Source: Macrostomum lignano
Lineage: Eukaryota
Direction: 5' to 3'
DNA: 64,000 bases
Assembly: GCA_002269645.1 (NCBI GenBank)
Contig: NIVC01001226.1
Location: forward strand, 62,001 to 126,000
This document shows positions 31,996 through 44,037 of the stretch, piece after piece (the stretch's first letter is position 1; the number at the start of each line of letters is the position of its first letter). Below the pieces are notes generated by a model. That model saw only the letters and a program-made list of their open reading frames with translations, was not told where the DNA came from and made no database searches. A program made the position numbers and the translations under genes.

Positions 31996-32599
31996 ATGCA
32001 TATTCCAGTCAATACAATAAGTGCCACAATGAAATCTACGTGTTTTATCAAAGCTTAAACTGAACCCACTCTTCCAATAGATGTCTTTTTAACAAAAAGG
32101 GGCTCATTCAACAGTCCAATTACGCTGAATCGAATGGGACTCAAAAATTGCTCAAAAAGATCAATGGAAGGCTTCCTTTTATTCTTCGTAAGTTAAAGCA
32201 ATTTACAAAAAGGCGAAGGAAAAAAAGGAGGGCTGAGAGAGCCACTTCAGTGAAAAAAATTCCTGCACGAACTTGACCTTTTTTATGACCGATGAAGGAG
32301 AAAGAGCCGCTGGTGCAGGTGTGGGATCCAGGATTTCGAGGTCAGTCGAGTTTGAGGGCTCTCCAGTCAGCCGGTCCCTGCAGTCTTGAGCAACTTTGAG
32401 TCTTGAGCTCGAATGTCTCATTACTTCCATCGTAACCGAAGCCGCGATTCCATTAATTGATTTTTGCAGCTCCTTTTTTCTTCATCTCTTCAGCTTTCAA
32501 TTTTTCCCAATTATTGAGCCCCAACAGCCTCTGCAGCGTCTGCATGAGATTTTGCGCTTTCTTCTGGCTCGCCTGGTGGAATCTTATTCGAAACTCTCT

Positions 32600-33830
32600 C
32601 ACTGAGACTCACTGATAATCTCCCCGAATCTCGCTGAGAATCTCCTTGAATCTCAGCTTAATTTCTTCCTGAATCTCAGCTAAGGTTTGAATATCACTGT
32701 TAATCTCTCTCTGAATCTCACTGATAATCTCTCACTGTTAATCTCTCTCTGAATCTCACTGATAATCTCTCACTGTTAATCTCTCTCTGAATCTCACTGA
32801 TAATCTCTCACTGTTAATCTCTCTCTGAATCTCACTGATAATCTCTCTCTGAATCTCACTGATAATCTCTCACTGTTAATCTCTCTCTGAATCTCACTGA
32901 TAATCTCTCACTGTTAATCTCTCTCTGAATCTCACTGATAATCTCTCTCTGAATCTCACTGATAATCTCTCACTGTTAATCTCTCTCTGAATCTCACTGA
33001 TAATCTCTCACTGTTAATCTCTCTCTGAATCTCACTGATAATCTCTCACTGTTAATCTCTCTCTGAATCTCACTGATAATCTCCTTGAATCTCAGCTTAA
33101 TTTCTTCCTGAATCTCAGCTAAGGTTTGAATATCACTGTTAATCTCTCTCTGAATCTCACTGATAATCTCTCTCTGAATCTCACTGATAATCTCTCTCTG
33201 AATCTCACTGATAATCTCTCACTGTTAATCTCTCTCTGAATCTCACTGATAATCTCTCACTGTTAATCTCTCTCTGAATCTCACTGATAATCTCTCACTG
33301 TTAATCTCTCTCTGAATCTCACTGATAATCTCTCTCTGAATCTCACTGATAATCTCTCACTGTTAATCTCTCTCTGAATCTCACTGATAATCTCTCTCTG
33401 AATCTCACTGATAATCTCTCACTGTTAATCTCTCTCTGAATCTCACTGATAATCTCTCACTGTTAATCTCTCTCTGAATCTCACTGATAATCTCTCACTG
33501 TTAATCTCTCTCTGAATCTCACTGATAATCTCTTTCTGAATCTCAAAGATAATTTTTCTCTGAATCTCTAAGACAATCTTTTTCTGAATCTCACTGACAA
33601 TCTTTTTGAATCTCACTGAGAGTCTCTCTGAATCTCGCTGAGAATCTTTCTGAGAATCTCACTGACAATATTTCTGAATTCCACTGAGAATTTCACTGAA
33701 AATCTTCCTGAATCTTACTGAGAATCTCTCTGATCTATCGGAATCTCACAGAGAATCTCTCTGATCTATCTGAATCTCACTAACAATCTCTCTGATCTAG
33801 CAGAATCTCACTGAGAATTTGTCTGAATTT
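32600..33830. repeat. TCTCTCTGAATCTCACTGATAA-based minisatellite (22-nt and 16-nt subunits)
   Basis: Long array with a duplicated internal block at ~32643 and ~33082. Confidence 0.93.
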
Positions 33831-34866
33831 CAAAATACCTCTGCCAACACCTCTGCCAAAATTCATGTCAAACATACATTACAAGCAGCCTCAACCGATG
33901 GGGTTCAGTGTAATTTTTTCCACACCTCAACTGTGTCATTACCGCAGCGAAGCGCACGACCCACCTAAAACTGGAACCAGCGAATTGCCCTCGAGCTGGT
34001 CGCGTGTGAATTCCCAATTGGCTCTCTCTCTACAACGCAACAACTCAAATTTGTCCCCCCATATATTTTCCGCGTAAAACTTCGGAACTCTCTAGCTATA
34101 GACACGAGATAAATTTATAGATATATAAAACAGGTTTTTTTCTGGATAACACACTTTGTTGGGAATTTCTGTGCCATGTTACTGTGCATATATGTGTGTA
34201 TCTACATGTAGCTATTGAATTTGCTGCTGTTAGGAGAAGAGGAAGAGAATCTGTGACTACATGTGTATAAGGTGTGAGACCGCCCCTACTCAGTGAAGTA
34301 ATTGAGTAAATTAGATGAGGAAAGTTGGCGCATTTGCAGGGGGACCTGATCGAGGGGCTTCCAGCTGCATCTTGCAGAGCTGACCTGACGTGCTTAACTG
34401 CGTGTTTTCGGTCCAAATGTTGGAGCACATTTGATAAAAGGATTCATCATGCACACATGTTAATTGTACATGTACAGACGTATACAGTATATATGTGACA
34501 GCACATATATATGTACTGAGGGAGCTCTCGATCCTTCCCCCTTACTTTACATGTACTTCGATCCTATACTGTCAGTAGTATAGCCATTGCATTTTCTTCT
34601 ATCTTAACCATTCTTTCCTTTCCTCTCTCCTATTTATACCTGCTCTACTGAATTTTCCTCTGTCTTGATGCAATTTTTATTTTCCAATTGGGATTGATCC
34701 ATACTTGCAGCATACTTTTATTTAGAGGTAATTCCAGGACATTTGATCGTTGCAATTGCGACATTTCGTAGCTAGTGTACGTCACCGGCATTCTCGTCAA
34801 CCCACGCCAGTCAAAACTCTCGTCAAACATTACGGCAATTCTCAGCAAATTGATTTTACATGAATG

Positions 34867-35040
34867 TATGGGTATTTTGTTGTACTTTTTATTTGCAACT
34901 CAGTTTGTCATAAATTACCATAGACTAATTTCCTTTTACAGTTCTTTCTCGTAGTTAAGTTTCTCGCCCCAAGCCCTCTCGTCTTTAACTCATAAAATAT
35001 ATTGCAATTCAAATCTAAGTTAAGTTGTAGTTTCACTACA
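34867..35040 (+). repeat. 5' LTR (174 bp)
   Basis: Base-by-base identical to 39409-39582 on manual comparison. Confidence 0.93.
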
Positions 35041-35105
35041 AATTGGTCCGGTGAGGCGGCGAAAGATATTACTCGCATACTCAATACTAACAGAAGACAA
35101 ATCCA

Positions 35106-36011
35106 ATGACGGACAGTGCAAGCAACAATTCCGCTCCTACACCACCTACAACCACGCAAGCCGCACCAAGTTCGGCCGCACCAGTGGTTACAACTGCAGT
35201 AGGAAACGCCGCCGACACCGCTATAGTCTCCCTGGCCCACCTGAAGCTGCCAATCTTCTATCGCAACAACCCGGAAGCATGGTTCCTCACGCTGGAGGCC
35301 CAGTTTATGCTCAACAGGGTGACCAACGAGACCGCCAAATTTTACCACCTAGTCTCTCATCTACCGGAGGATATCGCGGCTCTGCACTTGTCCGCTCAGA
35401 CTCCAAAACAGTACGAACAACTGAAATCAGCGATTACATCGACTCTGCAAAAGTCCAAGCAGGAGAAGGTTTCGGAAGTATTGCAAGTCTCGGACCTCGG
35501 AGGAGACAAGCCATCAATCTTCATGCGCAAACTCCGGAGCAAGATGGAGCAGTGCCAGATACAGCCCGACGAGGAACTCCTCAAGGCCACTCTGATGCGC
35601 TGTCTTCCACAGGACCTTCGTATCGCACTGTCGGGATTCCAACAGCAGTCATCCCAGCAAATTTCCGAGATTGCTGACTCGATGTTGGTCGTCAGAGGCC
35701 TTAGCTCTCCACCGCCAGCGACAGTTTGCCCAATTCAGCAGGCCGGTGCAGATCGGACACCCCAACAGCGCTTTGAGCAAGCTCCACACCGACAAGCACC
35801 TGGTAAGCCCACTGGAACAGACCCATTTAAGCCTGGCCAACGCCCCGTCGTTTGCCGCTCACACCTCTACTATGGCCGCCGTGCTCGGTCGTGTCGCCCG
35901 TGGTGCCAGTTTCCCAAGGACAGCTCGCGTCCGATCCGAGTGCTGCATCCCAATGAAAAAACGCCATCTCAGTCGCGTTCATCATCACCTTCTCGACAGC
36001 CGGAAAACTAA
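35106..36011 (+). CDS. gag: Retrotransposon Gag (301 aa)
   Basis: [22 protein letters not shown]...[11 protein letters not shown]-terminal motif and a C-H-C-C knuckle variant, [18 protein letters not shown], typical of CsRN1-like elements. Confidence 0.9.
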   Translation: MTDSASNNSAPTPPTTTQAAPSSAAPVVTTAVGNAADTAIVSLAHLKLPIFYRNNPEAWFLTLEAQFMLNRVTNETAKFYHLVSHLPEDIAALHLSAQTPKQYEQLKSAITSTLQKSKQEKVSEVLQVSDLGGDKPSIFMRKLRSKMEQCQIQPDEELLKATLMRCLPQDLRIALSGFQQQSSQQISEIADSMLVVRGLSSPPPATVCPIQQAGADRTPQQRFEQAPHRQAPGKPTGTDPFKPGQRPVVCRSHLYYGRRARSCRPWCQFPKDSSRPIRVLHPNEKTPSQSRSSSPSRQPEN

Positions 36012-39000
36012 ATCGCACTGCGACCGAGGTCGCGGTGCGCAGTGCCGAGATACCATCGACCACCTGTTTGGAGTTAGATGTTAAAATCAACAATACCTAC
36101 AGCAAGTTTCTTGTGGATACCGGAGCCTCGGTTTCCATTGTTCCACCTCACCTCGTTAACGCACTCGTTCAAGATACAAACGTTCGTTTAATTACTGCTA
36201 CCGGAGCCGCCATACCAGTTCGCGGGTCGGTCCTACTGGATGTCTCAATCCGCGGTTTGCGTCGCGCCTTCCAGTGGACCTTCCTCGTGGCGTCAGTGGT
36301 GAAACCCATAATTGGTTACGATTTCTTGGCTCACCATGGGTTAGTTGTCGATTGTCAGCGCAAACACGTTCGAGACTCAGAAACAGGACTGTCTACTGTT
36401 ACCTTGTCAATTTCAAATGTTCATTGTGGCCCATTCACTGTGTCGGTAGAACTGCCACCCAACCTGGATTCTCGGACGAGTACGCTGTTGACAAAGTTTG
36501 CAGATTGTTTTTCTTTCGTTGAAGGCGGAGCCCTTCCGCCAGCTTCAGAGGTCAAGCATGACACTGTTCACCGGCTAGACACTGGTAGTGGACAACCAAT
36601 TCACTTGCGACCCCGGCAACTGCACCCTGCAAAACTACAGGCTGCAAAGCAGGAGTTTCAGCAGCTAATCGATGCTGGCTACCTCAGACCTTCCTCAAGC
36701 GCTTGGGCGTCACCCCTCCACATGGCACCCAAGGGAGCTGGCTGGCGTCCGTGCGGTGACTATCGCGAATTGAACAAACGAACAAAGCCGGACAACTATC
36801 CGGTTCCACACATTCAAACATTCACTCGGTACCTACACGGAAGCACTGTGTTTTCAAAGTTAGACCTTGTTCGCGCCTTTCATCAAATTCCAGTCGCCGA
36901 AGAGGATATTTGCAAAACCGCTATCACCACACCGTTTGGATTGTTCGAGTACACACGCATGCCCTTCGGCCTGAGGAATGCAGCACAAACATTTCAACGC
37001 TTCATCGACTCTGTTTTTCACGGACTGTCATTCGTCATCTCTTACATCGATGATGTCCTGATATTCTCAAAGACTCGTGAGGACCACTACTCGCATTTGG
37101 AACAAGTTTTGGACCGCCTATGAACACACGGCCTACAGGTTCATTTGAAGAAGTGCGAATTCTTTCAGTCCGAGGTAGATTTCCTTGGCCATCGCGTGAC
37201 TCCTGAAGGAATAAAACCTCTCCAGAAGAAGATCCAAATAATCACTGACTGGCCGACACCCATGGATTCGAATGCACTTCGGCGCTTCCTCGGTGTCGTC
37301 GGTTTCTACCGTCGATTCGTTCCCAACTTTGCCGACCGCATCTGTCCGCTGCAAGACCTACTCACTGCATCACTACAGTCAGCAGGAAACTTCCAATGGA
37401 CAGAGCAGCATCAGAAATCTTTCGAAAACATCAAACAAGCTCTCTCAGAGAGACTACTGCTGCATCATCCGGACCCCAACTGTACTGCGTACCACCTGTA
37501 CACTGATGCCTCAGCCGACTGTGTTGGTGCCGTTCTTCATCAATTCTCTTCAACCGGAACGTCACCTCTTGGCATGTTCAGCAAGAAGTTGTCGTCATCT
37601 CAAAGGATGTACAGCACGTTCGACCGAGAACTACTCGCGGCGTACCTGGCAGTGTTGCACTTCCGCAGCCTCATTGAAGGACTGAGCGTGACCTTGTTCA
37701 CCGATCATAAACCACTAGCTCAGGCCTTCCACGCCAATCGCACCACTACGTCAGATCGCAATCAGCGCTACTTGACCGTCTTGTCCGAGTACGTGGCAGA
37801 TGTCCAGTACATTCGCGGTGCAGACAACGTAATAGCTGATGCCCTTTCTCGACTGCCTGACTTCCCAGTGAATGATCACGTGTCCAACATCGCAACAGTC
37901 GCTGTAGTCGCTGCCCCATCAAGCCAATTCCCTGTTGATCTGCCCAGTATCGCTGAAGCACAACGACCGGAGTCGTTCTCAGCTGCACCAAATATTCGAT
38001 CGTATTCTCTGGACAAAGACGTCGTCGTTTGGTGTGAGACGTCAACGCCGTATCCTCGCCCGATCATTCCGCCGTCCCTCCGCGACGCCGTGATTGCCTC
38101 CTTCCATCGACTTGGTCATTTCGGCTACCGTAAAACAGCAAAACTCATCACAGAACGTTACTTTTGGCCCGGAATGCGCAAGTCCATCAAGACCTACTGC
38201 TGGAACTGCCAGGACTGCCAACGGAGTAAAGTCACTCGCCACACTGTCTCCCCGCAACAGGCCTTCGCACTACCATCAAATCGCTTTGAGGCGGTACACA
38301 TTGATATTGTGGGACCACTTCCACCAGCTAATGCTACCACCTTTGGCCACCAGTCTGCCCGCTACCTTCTCACGATGGTCGACCGCTCGACTGGCTGGCT
38401 AGAAGCTACACCACTGGAATCAATAACCGCGGAAGTAGTCGCCCATGCATTCGTCTCATCTTGGGTCTCGCGCTACGGAGTGCCACTGTATGTAATCACT
38501 GATCGGGGGCGCCAGTTCGAATCAGAATTCTTTCACTCGGTCTCGTCATCAATTGGTTTTCATCGATTACGCACAACGGCCTACCACCCTCAAACCAATG
38601 GCAAGGTCGAGCGAGCCCATCGCACCCTGAAGACGATGCTACGTGCTCGAGGCAATGACTGGCTGACAGACCTACCTGTGGCTCTCCTCGCGATGCACGT
38701 CGCACCTGACGACCAAGGAATATCACCGTTCACCAGGGTTACGGGCGAGCTTCCGATGGTTCCGCGCATTCTAACTTCTGAACCACTCGCCCCAACGGAC
38801 ATTCGGACACGGCTGCAGGAACTGCTGACAGAGTTACCGAGTCCACACGCGAAGACGCACGAACCACGGAGCTACGTACCCAAGGACCTGGAAATGGCTG
38901 AATTCGTCTGGGTTCGGGTCGATCGCGTGCGGTCGCCGCTCGAGGCGCCGTACTCAGGGCCGTATCGCGTGAAACAGCGAACTGACAAGTTCTTCGTTAT

Positions 39001-39214
39001 TTTCCTACCGTCAGGCAACACCGAATCTGTCTCTATCGATCGCCTCAAGCCGGCGCGACTTTCGCTTCCGAAGTCGGCTGTTCAGCCGGCCGCGAACTCG
39101 CTGCCGGAAAAAGCCGCCAAACCAAAGGAACCGGTGGACTCATCACCTCCTAGAGCGACCTCTAGCGGCCGCCGAGTCCAATTCCGACGCCATAATGATT
39201 ACATTTATTATTAA
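36002..39214 (+). CDS. pol: Retrotransposon Pol (PR-RT-RNaseH-IN) in the -1 frame, interrupted by an in-frame TGA at 37121-37123
   Basis: PR: [12 protein letters not shown]: [36 protein letters not shown]: LYTDAS, ELLA, TDHKPL, ADALSR. IN: H..GH...[29 protein letters not shown]. ORFs 36035-37123 and 37145-39214 are in the same frame. Confidence 0.92.
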
Positions 39215-39408
39215 CCTTGTAATGTATAACGTCTACTGACTGCTGTTCCAATGTTCTCAATATTTCTCAATGTTCAACCCTTCATATAAAATTTAGCTCG
39301 TATTTCAACTGTATAACCGCTTCGTTTCAATAATTTAAGCCATTCCACCATTTTATAATTCAGTTACAGTCTCTTTTCCCCGTGCTCCGCAATTGGAGGG
39401 GGGAGTCG

Positions 39409-39582
39409 TATGGGTATTTTGTTGTACTTTTTATTTGCAACTCAGTTTGTCATAAATTACCATAGACTAATTTCCTTTTACAGTTCTTTCTCGTAGTTAA
39501 GTTTCTCGCCCCAAGCCCTCTCGTCTTTAACTCATAAAATATATTGCAATTCAAATCTAAGTTAAGTTGTAGTTTCACTACA
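39409..39582 (+). repeat. 3' LTR (174 bp)
   Basis: Preceded by the polypurine tract and followed by the TSD AATG. Confidence 0.93.
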
Positions 39583-40504
39583 AATGCATGCTGCACACTG
39601 CACCATAGCAAGAGAAGTGTGTGGTCCAATTTTGGACCAACGCACCGTTTGTGGTCCAACGCACCCATGTGATCAAATTTAAAACGTGTACATACACTCC
39701 CTGGGGCTGGATCAATTAACTTTTGTGATAACGATCGGTCATCATGGGTCGTCGATTTGCGCCATAATTACTGGGTATGCTAATTAACAAAATAAATTAT
39801 TTAAATTGTACCCAGTTGCTTAAAAGTAAACTAATGTAGCTTTTGCTGTTTTTAAATATTTAATTATAAGTGAGTATACGAGTCGAAAGCATTTTCTATT
39901 TTTTGCAATACAAAATATAAAATCACACACAAGACCGTTAATCGAAAATGTCGTCGAAACAAGAACAGAGTTCCAAAATGGGGTTTTTGGTAGTTTCTGC
40001 ATAGGCCTGAAGCCTGGTTAGTGGCTAATGGCTAACTGGCTTCATTTAATTCCAATCCTGTCGTGGCTCAACCACCAGATTTTTTTTTACTGATTATATT
40101 ATTTAGTAGGGCCTATATAGTCCTAGAGCCTAGTCAATTAGTCATTAGTCTGTAAGTGTAAGTCTGATAATAAATTAATATTAATATATTAATAATAAGT
40201 GCTTTGGCAGCTTGGCTTTGCTTTGGCTTTATTTGTTCCTGACCTTAGCTTGTTTTCGTGATTGTGCCTAATTTTAAAGTAGGCTGGATAGCCCTAGACA
40301 GGCCCTAGTACCTAGTGCCGTGGCCTATAGCCCTACCCCCTAGGTAGGTAGGTCTAGAAAATTTAATTTCTTAGAAAAAAACTCGAATCAGGCGGCTTAG
40401 ACATAGCCTAGCCAAAAAGTTCAAAATAGTTTTTTGCGATTCAAAATAAAAAAATTCAAAGGACCTTCCTAGTATTCTACAACTAAGACTAGGCTAGGAA
40501 TAAG

Positions 40505-41199
40505 CCATACTCAGGAAGGTGGCCTGCACGCGGGAATTTTCCCGCGTGCACAAGCCACGCTAAAATTTTGGCGTGCAAAGTTGGCGTGCAAATAGGGGTC
40601 TCAAGCCATGCCTAAATTTTCAGTGTACAAGTTTTTTACTTGGCGTGTAACCTTGGCGTGCAATTACAAACTGATAGTAGGCCTATATCAACAAGTCAGA
40701 TATAGATGTATACACTATATATATACAATATATAAAGTTAAACGTGAACAATTGATTTTGAATATTGATTAAACCAACTAGTTGAGGCTACAGCCTAGCC
40801 TACAGCCAGGCCTATACTCTACAGCCTACATTAAAATTAAAATATCCAATAACTTTTAAACGCTCTTATTTTGTGACTCTTGTAGACTTTTAGTTTATTT
40901 GTTTCTTGAAATGTGAAAAAAAAGTTTTTGATACTCACTATGTTCTTTGTAGCGAATTTTCTTTTTTTATATAAACTTTGTTTAATGTAAGTAGAAAATT
41001 TATTTAAAAATAGTATCTAATACGGTTAATATTCAAATCACACGTACATGAGGCGTACATGATTTTTGGTGTTCAAGATTTTTGGCGTGCAACAGAAACG
41101 TCATGTTAAGGGTTTTTAAAAATTGGCGTACATTGGCATGCACCAAGGATTTTTCCATAAATTGATTCCCGCGTGCACTTGCCACCTTCCTGACTATGG
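40505..41199. mobile_element. Non-autonomous DNA transposon (MITE-like) with ~30-bp imperfect TIRs
   Basis: Left end CCATACTCAGGAAGGTGGC-CTGCACGCGGGAAT; right end (reverse complement) CCATAGTCAGGAAGGTGGCAAGTGCACGCGGGAAT. Flanks GGAATAAG / GGAATTAG match 7/8 (possible 8-bp TSD). Subterminal TTGGCRTGCA repeats. Confidence 0.7.
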
Positions 41200-41889
41200 G
41201 GAATTAGAATAGGGGCCTAGGACCCAACCTTTATGGGACCTCTATAAGACCTCTGAATCTAATGCCAATGGGCTTTAGGTAGGCCTCTCAAGTCTAAATA
41301 AATCTTTGATACTAGGCCTAGGCTACCATTCAGTTTGGCAACAAGACATTTTGGTGATAGACACTGGTAACAAGATGTTTCAGCAAAAATTTTAGGCCAT
41401 TTTAGCAAATCTTATTGTTATAACTAATTTTTAGACTTCAACTTGGACTTGGACTATCCTGAACTAGGCCTAATGTATTTTTGGTATTTTCTAATTTACA
41501 GACTCAGACTACTTATTTATAGACTAGTCTATAATAAAACTTGAAATTTAACATGTTAAAATCAATAAACAGTCCTAAATAGGATATTGGTCTTGAATTC
41601 CAGTGTATTTCGATGACACGGAAAATGGTGACTTTGGCAACAAGCAATGTTAAATTTGGCAAAAAGTTTCTCTTTCACTTTCACAAATCAGTTTCTATGG
41701 CTATTTATTTAGTCTTTTTATTATATTCTTACTAACATAAACAATGCGTCTATATCCTATCGTAACTGTCTACAGCCTATGAAATACTTTCCCTTTTTGT
41801 TAAATGTAATGAACACGTGTGTTTTAACAAGCAATCCTATGACATGCTGATTGTTTGTTGGGATAAGAAGCTTTGATAAACATGCTTGG

Positions 41890-42045
41890 GCGCAACCTTG
41901 GGATTTACTCGGCTATTTCTATTGGCAACACACACACATAAGTTGCTATTGGATGTAGTAGTAGTCACGTGACTGCTCTCAGCCAATAGTGACTTACATG
42001 TGTGTGTTGCCAATAGAAATAGCCAGGTGATTCCCAAAGTTGCGC
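41890..42045. mobile_element. 156-bp palindromic (foldback) MITE
   Basis: GCGCAACCTTGGGATTTACTCGGCTATTTCTATTGGCAACACACAC... pairs with ...GTGTGTTGCCAATAGAAATAGCCAGGTGATTCCCAAAGTTGCGC. A right-half copy lies at 56399-56481. Confidence 0.8.
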
Positions 42046-42479
42046 ATATATGTTTGATAAATATCCACACTCTGACTTTGTACCCACCAACTTGAAGAGC
42101 ACAACCAAGTATGTGAGTGAGCCCCATCACCAAGGCGGCTTCGTCACAGTATGATCAGCAACTCCAATCCTATGAAAAACATTTGCATGTACTGTGGTTT
42201 TTATGTCTATTGAATCGAAATTTCAATTTTATCATATAGCTATATCTTAAGTACCATGCATGCAAATACAAATGTTTCATGTAATTTGTTGTAAAATGTA
42301 GTACATGACTGTACCACAAAGCTAAAATTCACAAAGTTAAAATGCTCAACATTAAGACATGACTGTGTGGAGATAGACACACATCAAAAGAGTGTAGTCT
42401 CAGTTTTGAAAGGAAAAGTTAGCATAAGATTCACATCAAAAAGAACAAACAGCATTGCATTATGTTAAAAGCATTAAAG

Positions 42480-44025
42480 GGCATTTAGCCATGGAACTTT
42501 TAGCCGATTACAGGCTTCCAGCAGTGCCTCCTCAGATTGTAGTCCTTCAGAAAATTCTTGCCAAAGCTTTTGTGACAAGGGGGGCATCCAGAATGGCCTG
42601 ACAAGCTTTATCATGCAGGAGTTGGGTTAGCAAGTAAAACTGCAAGTCGTTCCTCTGTGCTCTGCTGTTAAGCTGGTGGTGCCAGCCTTCAAGGTCATTA
42701 TTTGTTCTAATCGGCTGCTTTTAGACTTAGAGGCACTCTGGTCTCCATAGCGAGCTGTTAATCCACGTGACCTAGCGTGCAAGAATAAAAAATGGCCCTT
42801 TTAAGAGTGCAAGAGAATATGAAGGCACAAGACGCAACCAATTTGCTCCACAATATCCATTTGCACCTACTTGGATGTAGTTAGCAAACAATGCTAATAG
42901 AGGCTTATCATGACAATCAATACTTGCACAAAAAATGTAAAAGCCATGCTCAATTAGGTTCACTGGCAGAAATGGAAACACCATGAACTTCCTACAGACC
43001 CGCTGTGTTTCAATGTTGTTCACATACTCGCCTTGCAGGCCAATTTGTTGAACGTTGCGCCATAATGCTTGAGTATAGTGGAACAGGCAGCCTATAAAGT
43101 CGGCCTCAGGAAAGGCTGCTCTAAGAGCCTGCCACACTGCAGCCTCAAAGTCAAGCAGAAATCAAGTGGGCCTGTGGTGAAAATGATATAATTTTTTCTA
43201 TTGGTTCTGTAATCCCATATCTACATGCATATCCGCATATACCTTGCAAGCGCAATGAGTTCCTTGATAGCGTTTAATACAGGGGGGGCATAGCCCAGCG
43301 GTAGCGCAGCTGCTCTGGTGTGCCGCAACCCAGGCTCAATTCCAAGTGCAGCCACATTAATTTGGGGCTGAATTGGAATTTCGGCTTGGCTCGCTTGTGC
43401 AATTAACGGCCTTAAGAGCCAACCCCCCAAGGTGCAATGAAGTGTATATGCCTAACAATTGATAAAGTTAGGGCCGCTATACACTCCTGTGTGAGTGTGT
43501 GCCTGCGTAATGTATCTGCACGCTTGTATGCCTCCTCAGGGGAGTCGGCAAAATGGGCAGTAATGCCTCTCGCCGGTTGTGTGCCAATGTCGCTTAAAGT
43601 GCGCCAGGGTGCACACAACCCCCCTGCCTCTAATAAAAAATAGCGTTGAATATGGCTGCATAGTCACTTTGCTGCTTTCTAGTCATTAGTGCAAAGAACA
43701 CCAGCACCTGCTTCAGCGCATCGTCTGGTCCAATAATGAATATGTGAATTGAGAAGAGCTGGACAAACAGGTGACGCACCACCTTGAAAGTGCCGTCCAT
43801 GTACCAGGTAGTCGCGATAGACAGAAGGTCCAGCTGGCTGTCCAGTGCAAACAAAATAATGCAGTTCTCCTCAGAACAAATGTCCGCTTTTAGGAATCCT
43901 GGTGCAATGAAAGTGTCACACAACTCGAAATCTGCACTCTGTGGTTCAGGTGCCCTATTGTGGCGTCGGCTGCGATTGGCACTGGGCCAACTTCTTGGGA
44001 ACCGGAATTGATGGCGCACTCTGTA
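42480..44025 (-). pseudogene. MULE (DDE) transposase pseudogene
   Basis: SANRSRR...PEPQSADFEL...WYMDGTFKVV..LFVQLFSIH...K..SDY (D1); DFEAAVWQAL...GCLFHYTQALWR (D2 plus CxxH); YIQ|VTWINS...IRTNNDLEGWHH (E). Contains stops, frameshifts and insertions, plus a GT-AG intron at 42870-42772. Confidence 0.85.
43283..43353 (+). mobile_element. tRNA-like Pol III head (SINE remnant) within the ~440-bp insertion interrupting the MULE
   Basis: A-box TAGCCCAGCGGTAG and B-box-like GGCTCAATTCC; no convincing full cloverleaf. Confidence 0.45.
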
Positions 44026-44037
44026 GACAATGCGCAA

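Larger units (their letters stand above)
34867..39582 (+). mobile_element. Full-length Ty3/Gypsy LTR retrotransposon (CsRN1/Mag-like), 4716 bp
   Basis: Identical 174-bp LTRs at 34867-35040 and 39409-39582, and a 4-bp TSD AATG at 34863-34866 and 39583-39586. PBS-like TGGTCCGGTGAGGC follows the 5' LTR and PPT GGAGGGGGGAG precedes the 3' LTR. Domain order gag-PR-RT-RH-IN. Confidence 0.97.

Noticed and set aside
32203-32430. Minus-strand ORF as an extra N-terminal GPCR exon
   Set aside because: Its plausible donor phase does not join in frame to the acceptor at 30907; at best a 5'UTR exon.
35041-35060. Assignment of the PBS (TGGTCCGGTGAGGC) to a specific tRNA
   Set aside because: The partial resemblance to tRNA-Ile(UAU) 3' sequence is out of register; this needs a search against the species' tRNA set.
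34865-39582. Canonical 176-bp TG...CA LTR boundaries
   Set aside because: This reading gives a first-base mismatch between LTRs and no TSD; the 174-bp reading gives identical LTRs and a perfect AATG TSD.
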